DNA from: Tubiluchus corallicola | Lineage: Eukaryota > Animalia > Priapulida | Assembly: GCA_030141605.1 (NCBI GenBank) | Contig: JAQGDQ010000009.1 | Coordinates: 558,001 to 622,000 of the forward strand | Length of the DNA: 64,000 bases | Reading direction: 5' to 3' | Shown: one piece after another, positions 1 to 14,400 of the stretch | Layout: every line of letters begins with the position of its first letter | How positions within the stretch are numbered: the stretch's first letter is position 1 | Translations under genes and position numbers: made by a program | Notes under the pieces: model-generated | What the model was told of the DNA's origin: nothing | The model's input: only the letters and a program-made list of their open reading frames with translations | Databases searched by the model: none

Positions 1-2452
1 CAAAATCAGCAATAATTATAAGCACGCATGCAGTTTTTTAGACAGTTTCATTTTGTAAGTACAAAAAATTTACACGTAAATTTTATACAATATAATATTT
101 TATATAGAACTAGTACTGTATTAATTTCATACAATAATATAGTACCATTGTATTTAACTTGAAAGAGCACAACACTAAAGTCTCGATGATTAAAACTTAA
201 CCTTTAAAGGCCAAAGATGATATTTACTGCTCTTAATTTGTACAGTTCGTAAACCGAGCTCCATTAATTAAACATGCGACGTAAAATAAAGTCAGTTTCA
301 TGAAATAAAATTTAATTGAAAATATTCCACGCAGTTGACAGCCTATAGATACAGAACAAAATAATATAAACTGCGTTTAAAGGAAATCATATTATGAAAT
401 AAGTACAGTTTTATAAAAATCCTGTTATTTCATATAAAGTGCAGAAAATTGCTAGTATTGTATTAACTGTAGAATTAAAAAAAAATTTATAAATTTCTAT
501 AGTAGCTTCACGACGATGCACTACGCCAATGAAGAAACTGGTCATAATTTTTGTTATACTGTTGTGATTAGAGGTTAAGCAAGTACACTCATAGAAACCC
601 CATGTTTTTCTATAAAATAATTGTCGATTAAGGATTTAAACTTTACTATGGTTGGTGCGGTAATCACCATGGCAGGCAGTATCTAGTAATGTCTATGAGC
701 ATCACATGCATGTACAAACAGTGCAAATATATAGTTCATTAATTATAAATGCGCGTGTTCATGCCAAGGTTCATATTTGCACGGTTTATGGCTTCGTGCG
801 TGGGTGGAGATTTATTATTTATTTATTTCCGTGTAGATGACGCCACGAGCGTCCACGTGTGAGTAGCACTTCAGCAGCATGGCCTCGCCAGGCTTGTCTA
901 TTAGAATTAGTTTCAATTAGTTTTAAAATTTAAAAGGTAAAACTTGAATATTTATAAGTAGTGATGGGTAATGATGACAAATATCTTAATTAATTGCCAT
1001 TGTTGATTATATTTACCCAAATTAATTAATGGACCCCTTGGCAAGTTAGGTTAGCTAAGCAACTTGCAGCATGTATAAACGCATCAATTTCTTCGCAATT
1101 CATAGGAATTTTGTCGTTGGTGATCGCCGTTTTACTTAAATCCTGAAAAAATTATGTTCTCGAAACATATACGCAACTTGTATACCTAAGCCACAGCTCA
1201 AATTCTAAAAGTTTCTCTTTAGTCTTTACACTACAGGTCTCCGAATGGTAGAATTTATTTTGTCAAATTACAACATAACAGATTATTGTACATTTAACGT
1301 TGATGTCTCCAGAATGATTGAAAATGAATGAATGAACTGTACAATTATATGACGATAAATGTTGTATACACTTATATAGTGTAGATATTAAATTTTGAGC
1401 ATTCTTACAAATGAAGTTCTTGACAAATAACTCACCTTCGTGGTGAGTAAACCCTGATTTCCGTCTCTTGCACCAATCTGTCATCCACCGAGTAGCTAGC
1501 CAAAGAACACCCTTGTCCAGTTATTTGTTGTTGGTTTACTCTCCTCCTAATATACCAAAAGGTTAAACCTCCTAAAATACCTGAGAAGTTATCTATGGCA
1601 GATCCATTGCAATATAAATTGTACCAGTTTGTATTTGCATGCTACTCACGTATGTGTTTGTTAGTTTTATTGTTAACTTGGTGGAGTACTTTGAGGATTA
1701 TTAGAATAAAAAGTACTTATTGGAACAGAGTTATTTTATTTTGGCAATCATGATAATAGAAAGTATTTTAGGCATGAAAATATTTCACTAATTTTGTTAT
1801 GACCTGTTATCTTCTTTGTTAGTGGACAAATTGCCTTTATTTAACTAATTTTAATTAAAATTTAATTAAAGTGAAAAGTTAATCTCATTACAAATTTTTC
1901 TAATTGTACAAAATTACCCTTAAAATTTTGCTGAAAACTGCGATTTAAGTTTATGCTGATGCTATTGCATAGATAGCTTGCTCGAATAAATGAAGCTATT
2001 ACTAATTAGTGAGCTATATATAATTTATATCATAATAGTAATAGTATATCATAATTGTATCATAAAAGTGCATTCAAAGAGGAATACTCAAGAACACTAA
2101 TTAATTTTTAATTCTTGAATTTCTCATTTTAATTTTTTTTATTAACTGTGAACTTGATTTTGTAAGTAATAAATTGTATCTTATGTATTAGTGCTTGTTT
2201 ATTTATTAAAATATTTGTTATCTTTTTCAGTTCATGAATTTTTAAAGTAATTCTTATCTGTAGTAGATTTATCTAGTTATTTTATGTTGTAAGTGTGTTA
2301 CAAGCCCATGTCCATATTTGCATGTGACTTGTTTAATTATCGTTATTAATAGAGTTCTTACAGTCACAAATCAATAAAAAACCAGTTGGAATTTTTTGTT
2401 ACTTCTTGGTAGGTTTATTTGGAAGTCATATATTGTGCAAATCTTCAAAGGC

Positions 2453-5400
2453 ATGGGTGGAGAAAAAGTGTTAAGAGAACAAGGTGGAAATACATTCAAG
2501 GTATGCTGCCAATAAGCGCCATGTAAATCTTATAGTTGTTTTCAGTTTTAAAGCTTCGTATTGTTCTGAAATTCATCTTACTAGGTTTTTCATTTTGCTA
2601 CTAAGGCTGTAACGATGCATCACGATATCTTTTATTATGACACATCTCCAGAGTGTACCCTTATGGTGACAATATAAGCCAATGATATAATTTATCAAAT
2701 TAGCATGCGTAAGCACTAGTACTAGTAAATAGTTTCAGCCCTACTTACTACATGGTTGGTGAGAAAATGAATGTAAAGCACAAACTGTGAAGTCTGGTTG
2801 TATGTGTGTTTTCCTGTTTTACATTTAATTAAGTGTACATTGAAGAAAATGTGCTAAAATACTAATTTTTTGTGGCAATATTATAATACTTTGGCTAACG
2901 TTATTGAAAGGAAGGTTCTGTTATAGTTAGTAATAATAATAATAATAACTTATTAGATATTTAAAATGCATTAATATTAAAATGGACAAATATATTTTAC
3001 ATACATAAGTCACAACACATAAACACATCACAATACATAAACACATTTAAAACAGGCCTGCATAATATACATTTACATTATCTGATGAAGAATTATAACA
3101 GCATCTATAATCCAGCTAAAATTAATATGCCTGCATACACACACTATTAACCATTGCAGATGTATATGCAAAACCACTAGAAATCAGCAAAAAGATCAGT
3201 ACTTTGTGTCCATATTATATTTTTAGTTAACTAAAAAGTTCTTTGTTAAGATGAATTTTAAGAAAAGACTTGAATATTTCAACGTAAGTCATTTTATGTC
3301 TTTAGTTTCAGTCATTTTCTGAGCGAATAGCAGGAATTCGGATAGATGTCATCCACCAGGTTCGAAGGCACCATTCTGAAACGCCAGACGACTCGGACAC
3401 TTTCTTTCATGAAGAACTTGAAAAGTGGTCTGATTTGAACCTAACTGAACATTTTGGCAAGTTTTTATCATTAAAATATTGAATGTTTGTTTTATAAAAT
3501 CATCTACTTGACAATAGTAAGTTGTTAGATGGCCTAATTTCTGTTATGTAATAATGCTGTGTTGTGTTTCAATTAACTCTGTTCCTCTTCACTATGACAA
3601 TGATGTATTGTCTGGTGAGATTGTTTTGATGTATTTTTGTTTGCTTCCAGTACTATTCTATAATCAATATACTAGCTTTTTTAAACATGTTTAACGTGAT
3701 TTTGAGGAAGAAAACTATGTACAGTTTGTAATAAGTTGTGAAAATTGTCCAAATTTCTACAGTGCATAGCAGTTTTAATGAAAGAATTCTAATGTTGTCG
3801 TAACCATAAAGTATTGAGACATGGGGCCAATTATGTCTTCGTAATAATTATTCTTTAACAAAATTAAAGGAAAGCAAGATGATTTTTCATATCCTACCCA
3901 TTTTGATCCCATCTAATAACATGTATACATTTTAATGCCTATAATAATGCTGAAACATTTCTGATAATTACTTAAAAACTTAATTAACGACAGGCCAGCT
4001 TAACTAGTGATGACATCACAACTGAGGATAATTTTCAGCAGCACAAATATACCACGAGCATGTTGGACGTGTTTGTGATTGCGAAAATATAGTGCTATTG
4101 TACAACATTCAGTGTGATGTACACAAACTCAAATTTTAATTTTAATTTAAAACTTAAGTTCACCGCTGTGCTCACACACGACTCTCAAACATGTGTACTA
4201 TGTCGCAACTGAACACCTCTGAACTGAGAGGTAGGGATGTTAAACGCTAAAAATTTGGCATTACGATACAATACTTTTTTTCAACGGTATGATAACGATA
4301 ATCTGTTTTTTAGACAATACGATACGATGTAGTAAATTATTTCGAACAAGAAAAACGATACTGAAGTTAGACAATATATGCAACAGAAAAAGTTTTTATT
4401 TTGGGAATGCACATTTTTTATTAAAATTTTTCTATTAAAATTTACTGTTAATGTTTGGTTTGAAAAACTGTGTTTGAGCTCAGTGAGCCTGTCTATTTAT
4501 TTAATATCGTCATGAGAGTGCTTTTCAGGGAGCCTCAAACATAACAAAAAATGAAACGCTAATTACATTGATTCACTGTTACTTAAATGTCCTATAACAT
4601 TCAACACTTAAATTAGATCAGATTATAAGATGGTGGTACTATACACACCATAAACATAGGCAACTATTATAAGAACCTAGCTTCACGAATCCACATCTGT
4701 CACCGTTAGTCAGTTTTCTTGTGACCTATAAGGCTATAACACATAATTATATTATTATGTCCTCTCAGTATGGCTCATTTCTGCTTGGATTAATTTCTAG
4801 GACTCGGAGAACGAATTTCACATAAATAGGAAGTTTTGCAAGAGTAGGCATTGGTTCTTGTAGAGTAAGAACTTAGAAGCCATGCACGTGTAAGGAATTA
4901 TTTGGCAACAGTTGAATTGTGATGCTTGATAAATTCCGCTTTACTGTTTCTTATCCCCGATTTCTGCTAAGCAGTCACTGCCACTGACAGAATGTAAGTC
5001 ATGTGAGGTATTTCTATGTCTGCCGTACTTTTGCAGGCTGTTTCCCCGATTCTTGTATGCACCGATTACATATCTATGATGAAATTCTCTGCTTCGTTGT
5101 AATAATGATTCATACATGAATAAACGTACTACTATGATAAAAATATCTACCTATGCGAGCTGCACGTGACTGGGAAAGTGACACTGAAAACACGGTACCG
5201 CATGTCAGTGAGATTCAGTCAATGAAGATAGCTGTTATTGCCAGGCAAAAGTACCAGAAAATGATTCCTAGTCTGACAAGCTTATAATTTTAAATAATTC
5301 TTTTTATCGACTTTTTTGCATAATTACTGTAAAAAAACAGAAAAGCAAAGTGAAGCGATTTTATTAAGGTAAACGATAAGCAACAATACGAAAGTCGATA

Positions 5401-8400
5401 CGATAATGATATTCCTAGAATATTATCAATACAATAACAATAAAAACAAATTTTTCATATTGATACAATAATTATTGATACGTATCGTGATCGTTAACGC
5501 CCCTACTGAAAGGTACTTAGCAGCTGTTTTTGTGCAGCTACTTGTGGGATACAAAGACTGGTGCCCATCTAATTAGTGATGGAGTGAAGAACTAGCCTCG
5601 TGATGTGGAATTACATTTCTAAGCTAATAATTCTTTCACACGAGTCGTTCTTGAAAAAATAGTGTTCCTTTTAATATTTTGCAAGGTTTTGAGCTATAGT
5701 TTAAGATGGGGTCCTGTTTTCCTTAATCGCCCCATAATCAATTTTCTTTGGATTGCTCTGCTTTTACTTGGGTTTTGGTTTATATAGTTCAAAGTAGGCA
5801 ACATATGTTGATGTTTCATTTATAGGTCTGCATATAGGTAGCATTACAAAAAAGTAGATTGTTTAGTGAAGAACTGACTTTTGCGTTTAGTGGCCTTCCA
5901 CCGTGAAGTATGGGGGAAAACAGAAACATTTGCACAACTTGTTCACTATCAAAAGGAAATTGTGGATTCACTGAAGAAATACTTGCAGATGACAGACAGT
6001 CTCGCCTTAGATGCTCTAACTCAGTAAGTGTTAGTTTAGATTTATAAGAGGTTTTATATAAACAAAAGATTCTGGTAAGGTGTATGATAAGTTCAATATT
6101 CAGTATACTGTTATGTTGATGAAGCAACGTAAATGAAACATGCATAAAAATTTCTTTTAAGAATATTTTCTAAATAAAAGTGGCTATCAGTTCTCAGTAA
6201 ACGTTGCCAGTTGTTATGTTTGGTGTATGTTTCAGCACCATCGCATTGGTAATTTGCATTTTTTTTATTTAGATTGTTAGTGGCATTTGCCAGAGATTTG
6301 CAGAATGACTTCTATCCGTACTTTCAAGACTTTTTCAACATTCTTGTTCAACTTCTCAACACACAAAAACCAGATACCCTAGAGCATTGTTTTACATGCT
6401 TAGCTTACCTATTTAAATTCCTGTGGCGACATCTTGTAAAAGATTTTGAAAACATCTTCAGGTATGATCTTTCATCATTGCAAGAAGTAGTTCAAGTTTT
6501 TTCATTAAATATTCTACTTCAATTCTAAATTATTTAGATTAAAGAAATCAGCAACAAAAGTAACTTAAGTTGAGAAAAAGGCAGTCAGAAACTTCAAGAG
6601 AATTTTTATTGTTTTAGTACCAATTAATTTGAAATAGGTTTGGTGCTTAAGGATTGATAATCGATAACTGAATTGTATTTTGTTTAATAGTCCCTTGCCT
6701 TACTACTTAATCTGAATGTTTTTTGGGCATCTTTGGTAGAATTTATAGCCCATTACTGAGCAGCAGTCAAAAACTACATATACGGAGGTTTGCAGCTGAG
6801 AGTTTTGCCTTCTTGCTGAGAAAAGTAAAGAAGACTGACTATTTGTTGGATCTAGTCTTTTCATCACTACAAACTAATCGCGAAGTATGCATTTTACTCA
6901 CATCTAAGATTGTACTGTTACATCCTGCAGTTTGTTGCTTTTTAGATGAAACTTTGATCAAATTGCATTAGTTCTCTTCAGGTAATGTCCCCATTATTTT
7001 TGATGCAACACATTTTGTAAAAATATTCGTCCTATTTTATTTTTGCTGTCTGTGGAGCATTTTTGCCTAAAATGTAACAAAATTGTGCTGCTGTATTTTT
7101 ATTAGTGAAGCTTGTTATTTGTACTCATGTCATTATAATGTATGCTACTGTTATTTTTTCCATCCAAGTTAACAAACACAGTTAGAAGAGACTGCCTTTT
7201 TGTGTTTACTGGCAGGGCTCATGTTCTAAACTTCTGTATCAAGGCTGTAATGTTCCTAGAGGGATTTGTGCCACTGAAATGTCCTCTTGGTTCCAAGAAA
7301 GGCTTTGGATTAACATTTGATCTAGCTTGTGTTCTATGGAGACCAACCACAATGTTGAACTACATTTTAACAAATTAACAATCCCTGAAGTGTTGGTACA
7401 GCAATCTGTGTGACTGGAATGCTTTTAAATGAAGCCAAAAGTTGTTTGTGTGCTTTTTGTTTTTTCGTTATTGTTTTTTAGTTGTCGGTTGGGATCGGCC
7501 ATTTGTTATTTGAAATGGTGAAAGGTATTCAGCATCAGCTACACAGTTGTGCTGATACTATCTTCCCAGCTGTCATTTGGAAGCTGGGTGCCGTGGAATC
7601 CCTGAAGAATCAGGAAATGCAAAGTACACCTCAGGCCTGCCAGGAATTAATATTTGAAGCTCAAAAACAAATGATGGAATTGTTATTGGAGTATTTAAAC
7701 AAGGATTCCTCAGATCTCATTTGGAAGACATTGTTGGTTAGTTTTCGCCAATGTTTTATTTTTTATTATGCATACAGAAGGCCTAAATCTTAAAACAGAA
7801 ATATAAGTTCTATTTCATCTATTTTAATACTACTTTCAGAATACAGAAATGTTCTTGTATAGTATAAGCAATTTTTGCTGATGGTTCATGCTGCAAAAAA
7901 GTAACGGATAATGCCACCTGCTATGTACATACTTCTTTTTCTGTTATTAAAAGCCATTTGTGATGCACAATACATACGTCTTTATACATTAGTCATCTTG
8001 TGAAAACTAAATCAAAATTTATTTCACATAGACTAGCACTTAAAACACTGTTTCTATGACTAATGATATGCTCATCTCAGCATTAGCAGCATCAGAGACT
8101 GTGCTCGTTGAGCATATATGCTGTCGCTAAATAAAGGGACTACAGATTAGGTGTGTTAATTTTCAATTTGCAGTTTTGTCAACATGAAAACACTAAAAAC
8201 AGTACTTATTGCAGTGTAACTTTTCAACTCTCAATGTTTACGTGTTGTTGTGTGTTGAGATTTAATACTCAGGAAAGAGAGAGCTTGGCTAGTAGAGTCC
8301 AAGACTGTAGCTTTTATGACCAAGACAGTCTTAATATTGAAAACTGCAACCTCAAGACCACAACTTCGAGACAACCATTTCCTTTGAAATTTGCTGTAAG

Positions 8401-11400
8401 AGTATTAAAATTGCAATTAAAATATTTTTGCATGAATTCTATATATATAATTTCCATTCACTATAGTGAACTATACTTTGAGTTATTGTGAATAAATAGA
8501 TAGTGTACTTACATAGTGTATTTAAGATAAAAATTATTATTTTTGACTGAAGTGGAATAAACATCATGACTATGCTCAATTTTAATGACCATGTGCATGA
8601 GCAAAATCCATGTTGGCAAGACCCACTGCCCATGAGGCCAAGATAGGCAAAGATTGGCAAGACTTACATTGCTCAACTGTCTTTCCAACTAACACATTTA
8701 AGTTTTTGTCGTTTACTTTAAATGTTTGTTATAGGAAGCAATTTCTCAGTTACTAAAAACGTGGGAAGAAGTACCTGCTGTAGCTATGCCTAGACGATCG
8801 AAACGAAATGGAAAATTAAAAAGTGTTATTACTGATAATACTCTACAATATTCTGACGGGAAAATTGTTTTAGAGCAGTTGAATTACACTTTGAAGATCA
8901 CCTTCCTTTGGGTTGACTATAGGAACGGGAAATTTGTGAAACTGTCTACAGAAATATGCAAGGTAGTGAAATTATGTACAATATGCTATTGCTTCAGTTT
9001 AAAAGCTTATGAAAAAGTTATCCTTGAATATACTGTATCGTACTCTAACTTACATTGTGAGTCCTGCAATATTTACATTTTAAAATTTCAAATGACTGTA
9101 TTGTTCGCGGTTGTCACTAGATTTTACAGGAAGACAGGACCATTTTTCATATACTACCCCATTTTCATGTCTGATAAAAAGTATACATTTTAACACGATT
9201 AATACTGCAAAAGCGGTTCTGATAATTAAATGGTAGATTAAAAACTTAATTAACGGCGAACAAGCCCAATTATTGATGACATCATAAACTAAAATAATTT
9301 TCAGCAGCAAAAATATTTCATGAGCGTGTTGCACGTGTTTGTGAAAGGGAAAATTGAGATACAGTGCTACTGTAAGATATTTAGTATGTTGTACTAAAAC
9401 TAAACATGTTTTAAGATAAAAATTCAAATTTCATATTTACCGCTGTGTTCACGCTTGAGCTGTCGAACTAACGCACGTTTGTCACAAACTAACACATCTG
9501 AACTGAGACGTACAGCACCTATTTTTTGTGCAATGCACTTCCGATATGCAGGCGCTAGTGTCCCTCTAACTAGCGAATTACGAAATACATGTAACGGCGA
9601 AGAACTAGTGGCGCGAACGCGAAATTGTGTTTGTGTAGTAATAATTCTTTCACGTATGTCATTTTTGCAAAAGACGTACATTTCTTTCAAGAGTAGATTG
9701 TTTAGGCCTACAGTTTAAAAATCGGTTCGGTTTTGCTTTAAGTATAAGATAATCCAAATTGGCTACTTTTACTTTTTTTACTTTCTACCACTATAGCATT
9801 GTTAATAAATGGTTTCTGTAAGTAAAGTGTACTTGAGTTTAACGTGCTCTTGTTTTCCTGAACAGGTGATGACACGTTGTCTTTCCAATGAAAATTTATC
9901 TGAAGAATGTCAATCATCAATTTTGGACATCACGTCTCGATTCTTGCAGCGCAAAAATGGCACTCCGCTACGATCCGATGAAGCAAACGACCTTTGCAAG
10001 CACGTGTTTCTGTCCAAATTTAGGATGCCGCTAATATTTAAATTCACTAGGCAAATGTTCTCATATGGAATGTTCCAAAAGGTGAGGATTTAATCTGTGT
10101 TTTATAATCATGTATTGTTGAACTTGCACTGACTTGTACTTGTTCAAAAATAAGTTTAAAAATGATGAAGTGGTACTATAAACACCCGTTATGTTATGCT
10201 GTATAAAACTCGCCCTGTAGTTTTCTCAAAGTAATTGTACAATTTACTGAAAGAACTATTGCTTCAGTGATAGCAAAAGTGAGTACTCTTGAGGTCGCAA
10301 TACTGAATTTTAATATTCATTTTATTAAGAGTTCTTTTTTCTTTTAGTTACTATTCTGGCCTATTAAATATTTTTATTGTACGACATAAGAAACCCAAAA
10401 TCTTTTCAATCATTTTTAAGTTTCTTTGGCATTTATTTCTCCTTATCTACATTAAGCTTATTTATTTTGCTTATAATGAAAATCTTATAATGACTGTATT
10501 ACTATGATGTAGCGTAACGCATTACAATCATGTATTGTAATATTGTTTCCTAATTCAAATTTTAATATTTTATTTGCTAGGATGTATTGCCTCCTTTAGT
10601 TGAGCATTGTGAACGATTGCTAGATAATGCTGATAGTGACGATGTGATAAATGATATTCTACATTTGATTGTTGAGTTGGTTGTACATAACACGCCAGTT
10701 ATAGCAGATGCTTCACAGTTGCTAAGCCACCAGATCTACACATTACCTTTTCATCACAAATCAGGGTAACAGTTTTACACATGTGATAGAATAATTTTGT
10801 ATAATTGCCTTTGCTTTAAGTTGTTTAAATAAACGTAGCGAGTAAATGAATGTTATTTAAAGGGGAACAGAACTCAGTTTTAAACTTCAACTCAAAATAA
10901 TGTGACGTATAAAATATCAAAAGTGAAAATAGTTGTGAAAAAATTTTTGCCGCAGAAACGTAATTTGACATTTGCACGATTGATTTTTCCCTTTGCACGT
11001 GTTCTACCATTATATTTAGGTGGACACTAGCGCTGAGATTTTCGAAATGCACTACATAAAAAATAGATCTGTGTTTGATCGTAACAATACAGCTCAGTTG
11101 TGACTTATGCACATATTCGAGAACGTGTGCTTATGTACAGCAGTAAACATGAAATTAAACTTTTCTAAACATTTTATTGCCTCGTTTTGGTGTATCACAC
11201 CAAATGGTGTACAGTAACATTGTAGTTCAATTTTCGCTTTCACAAATAGCTGCACTACGCTCATGGAATGTTTACGCTGCCACAAAATCATGTTCAACTG
11301 TAACGTCATCACTAGTTGGACTTCCCGGTCGTTAATTTTTTTAAATTATTTAATTATTAAAAACAGTTTGGCAGTGTTGTAGGTGTTAATTCTTTTTATC

Positions 11401-14400
11401 TTGCTTCAAAATAGTGTAGGATAGGAAATACAATCCTGTTTTTCTTTAAGGTCACTGATTATTAGTATGTTTTTTGTACTTGAAGTCGCACTGAAGCACC
11501 CATGAGGACAATGTCCTTGTAGCAGCTTTTGCTAGAGTAATTTATTTTTTCAGGGATCGGAAATCTTTCTATTCTTTGCTGCTACGTTTACTGGGAAACT
11601 ATGCACACGGAGGAGGTTCAGCCAGAGTCTGGGCTACCCTTGTGGTGCTGCCACACCTTAGGTACCTCATCTTCATTTCCTAGCAACTTTTCAAAAATGG
11701 AAATTCATAAAGTGTAATAGAGTTGTGATGTTCGCGCTGAGATAATTTGACTCGCAATGGGAACTTTAAGAGAAATTGTTCAGTAAGCGGCAGCAGCAGC
11801 TGAGGCCTGGTAAATCTAATTTCCAGTACCCACCAGAATATTAAATTACCACATTATTCCAGGTTTTTTATCTGCCTGGTAACAATGGTATAATGTGGTC
11901 ATTTAATATCCTGGTGGGCACTCCGCACTGAAATTTAGATGTAACAAGTGTCAGTTGCTGCTGCTACTTGCTAAACAATGTATCTGAAAGTTCCTACGTT
12001 AAATTTTGAGAAAAATTGTTCAACAGTTGTTGGGTAAAGTGATGCTCTTTTATTTTATCTTGAGGGAGCCGTTATTGTTGTATTAAGGAAAACAATAAAT
12101 ACCATTTATTAAGTTCCAGACTTGCATACGAATGCCTTTGGGGAAAAGTTGCTGAGGCAAAAATAGTGGAAATTTGCACTACAAATTTTGGACTACATAT
12201 ACTGTTTATTTGCATTACAAGTGTATATTGGAGAATTGATTGTTAAAATAATTAATTAATATAGAAACTTTGTCTGTAAAGCTTCCTTTTGTCAAGTTTC
12301 ATTTTTTATTTTTTCGATGCCCTAATGCTGTCTGTTTTGTTTTATGTTACATAATGGAAAAGTGTCAGCATTGAATGTTTAAATTACCATGGACTTAATT
12401 TTGACAGGAATCTTAACATAACAGAGGTTGTGCAAGAAGTGTGTTCTCTGATAAATCATTTATCACAGAAGTCAGCATCAATTGAGGAGTTGATGATATT
12501 ATGTCAGGCATATATCACGGTGGCTGTGATACTTGGACGTGATGAATTTCTTCAGTTGTTTGATTTTAAGAATGTGGTTGTCGATCTTCTCAGGTAAGCT
12601 TTTCATGGTGTTGCTTGCACTGCAGCTTTGAAGCAGATTACATACACGATTGAATGATTAGACTAGGCTTAGGCGTGTGTGCTCAAATTTGTCACTGTAG
12701 TGGCAGCCACTGAAGTAGACGGTTTGCTATGCTAGTGTTCTTGTTAGACTCCACTAAGTATCCAATATTAAGAAATGGGGAATTTGTAGTGCTATTTGCA
12801 GACAAGAAACAAGGGAAGACTCCTAAGACGCAGCGGAAATAACGGAATAGTTATGGTGAGCTTTTGACTGCAAAGTGAAGCTGTACTTGTTAGTGAATAG
12901 CTTACCGACTGCTGCAAGAGCTGCTCTGGGCATTTTCATTTTCATTACTGTCCTGTCTATTTCTTTCATTAAAGGAGAAGTACACACATCCAAACGTGCC
13001 AATACTTCACTGCCAATTTAGTATTTCATCTTAGAGGATTTTCAAAGATATAGAGAAGTAGATTCTGATATTGCCACAACCATCTATATTAAGTATGCTT
13101 TGCCACTGAATGAGCTATCGTTGCTTGCAGTGCGCTTACTGCATAATAAAGTGATCTATGTCATCTAAACAATGCAAAAACCTACTGAATGAACTAAAAT
13201 AAACCATACTGTTTGACGAACATTTGTTTCAGTTTTCCTTGATTCGCTAGCCTTTGCGCCTGACCGTAATTATCGTACATTATTTTTTTTGTAGGAAACA
13301 TCCTGACTGCAGACCTGTATTGCTCATAGCTGATGTATTTCTTAGTTTGATTGCCTCAAGCATTCAGCAAGAAGAACATCTAGATTCAGACTTGGCTGAG
13401 TTACTGTACTCTATACTTCAAGACAATTTGTCGTCGCCTTATCATCATGTAAAGTGCATCTTCTTAGAATTTAATTGCAATTTTCTAAGTGCCACATTTG
13501 ATTTTAAAGTTCGCTAATTTGAAGTTGTTACAGATATTTTTTATCGCTCAATGGCTGACACTTTTTAGGTACTTTTAACTGAAAGCAAATACACTATACC
13601 TTCAAAGCAAACTTTAATACAATACCTTTTTATTGTAGGTACGATTGTTGACGTTACGTATTATGTCGGCATTTACTCTGCATTTGCCAGTTATTGAAGA
13701 GGGCACAAATGTGGGCCAACCAGGCGTATTTCGTATCTGTCTCGACGCCGAAGATTTGCAGCTATCCATGTTGACCTACAGAGAGATTCTGACCAATCTG
13801 CGTAAACTAGACCTTGATTTGGTGCAGCATAATCTACCAACTTGTGGAAGCTATGATACTGTAAGTTGACCAAGAGAATTTGTGGTAAGGCAGCTGTAGT
13901 GAAAATGTACCGAGATGCACAGAACTGAATGATCATTTATCAACTCTTTTTTAAGTTTTCTTTTGCTCATTACCATCATTTATTGCACTATCACATTGGA
14001 AAGAATATAACAAGTCCCGAATTATTCAGAATAGTAGGCCTTAACTCGTAGTTCATTCATTTTTGTAGCATCTGTTAAACAGTGCAGCTTCAAGTGATAA
14101 GATTTCCAGAAATATGGCTAAACATGTTTTTAAAAAGTAACGTGGAAAGCTAAATTTCATTAATTGACATTGAAGTTTTGTGTGGAGCTCACACTAATAC
14201 ATAACCATTATGATAAATAATTACTAACTCCCTGCCTTAGTTCTGTTTATTTTGCTTCAGGTGGTCTCCAGGCTGTTTTCGAGAAATCACTTGTAATCCT
14301 TTGACAAAAACATTTTATGATTTTGTAAATTGTAAAAACGTTTACAGTTTGAGCAGTGCAATTTCAATGTTTTTGTCTTGATTTTCAGGTTCCATTGAGA

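Noticed and set aside
1263-1600. Minus-strand ORF and AAG|gtgagt donor near 1435, a possible exon of a divergent gene
   Set aside because: No recognisable protein in any frame and no partner exon found in the window.
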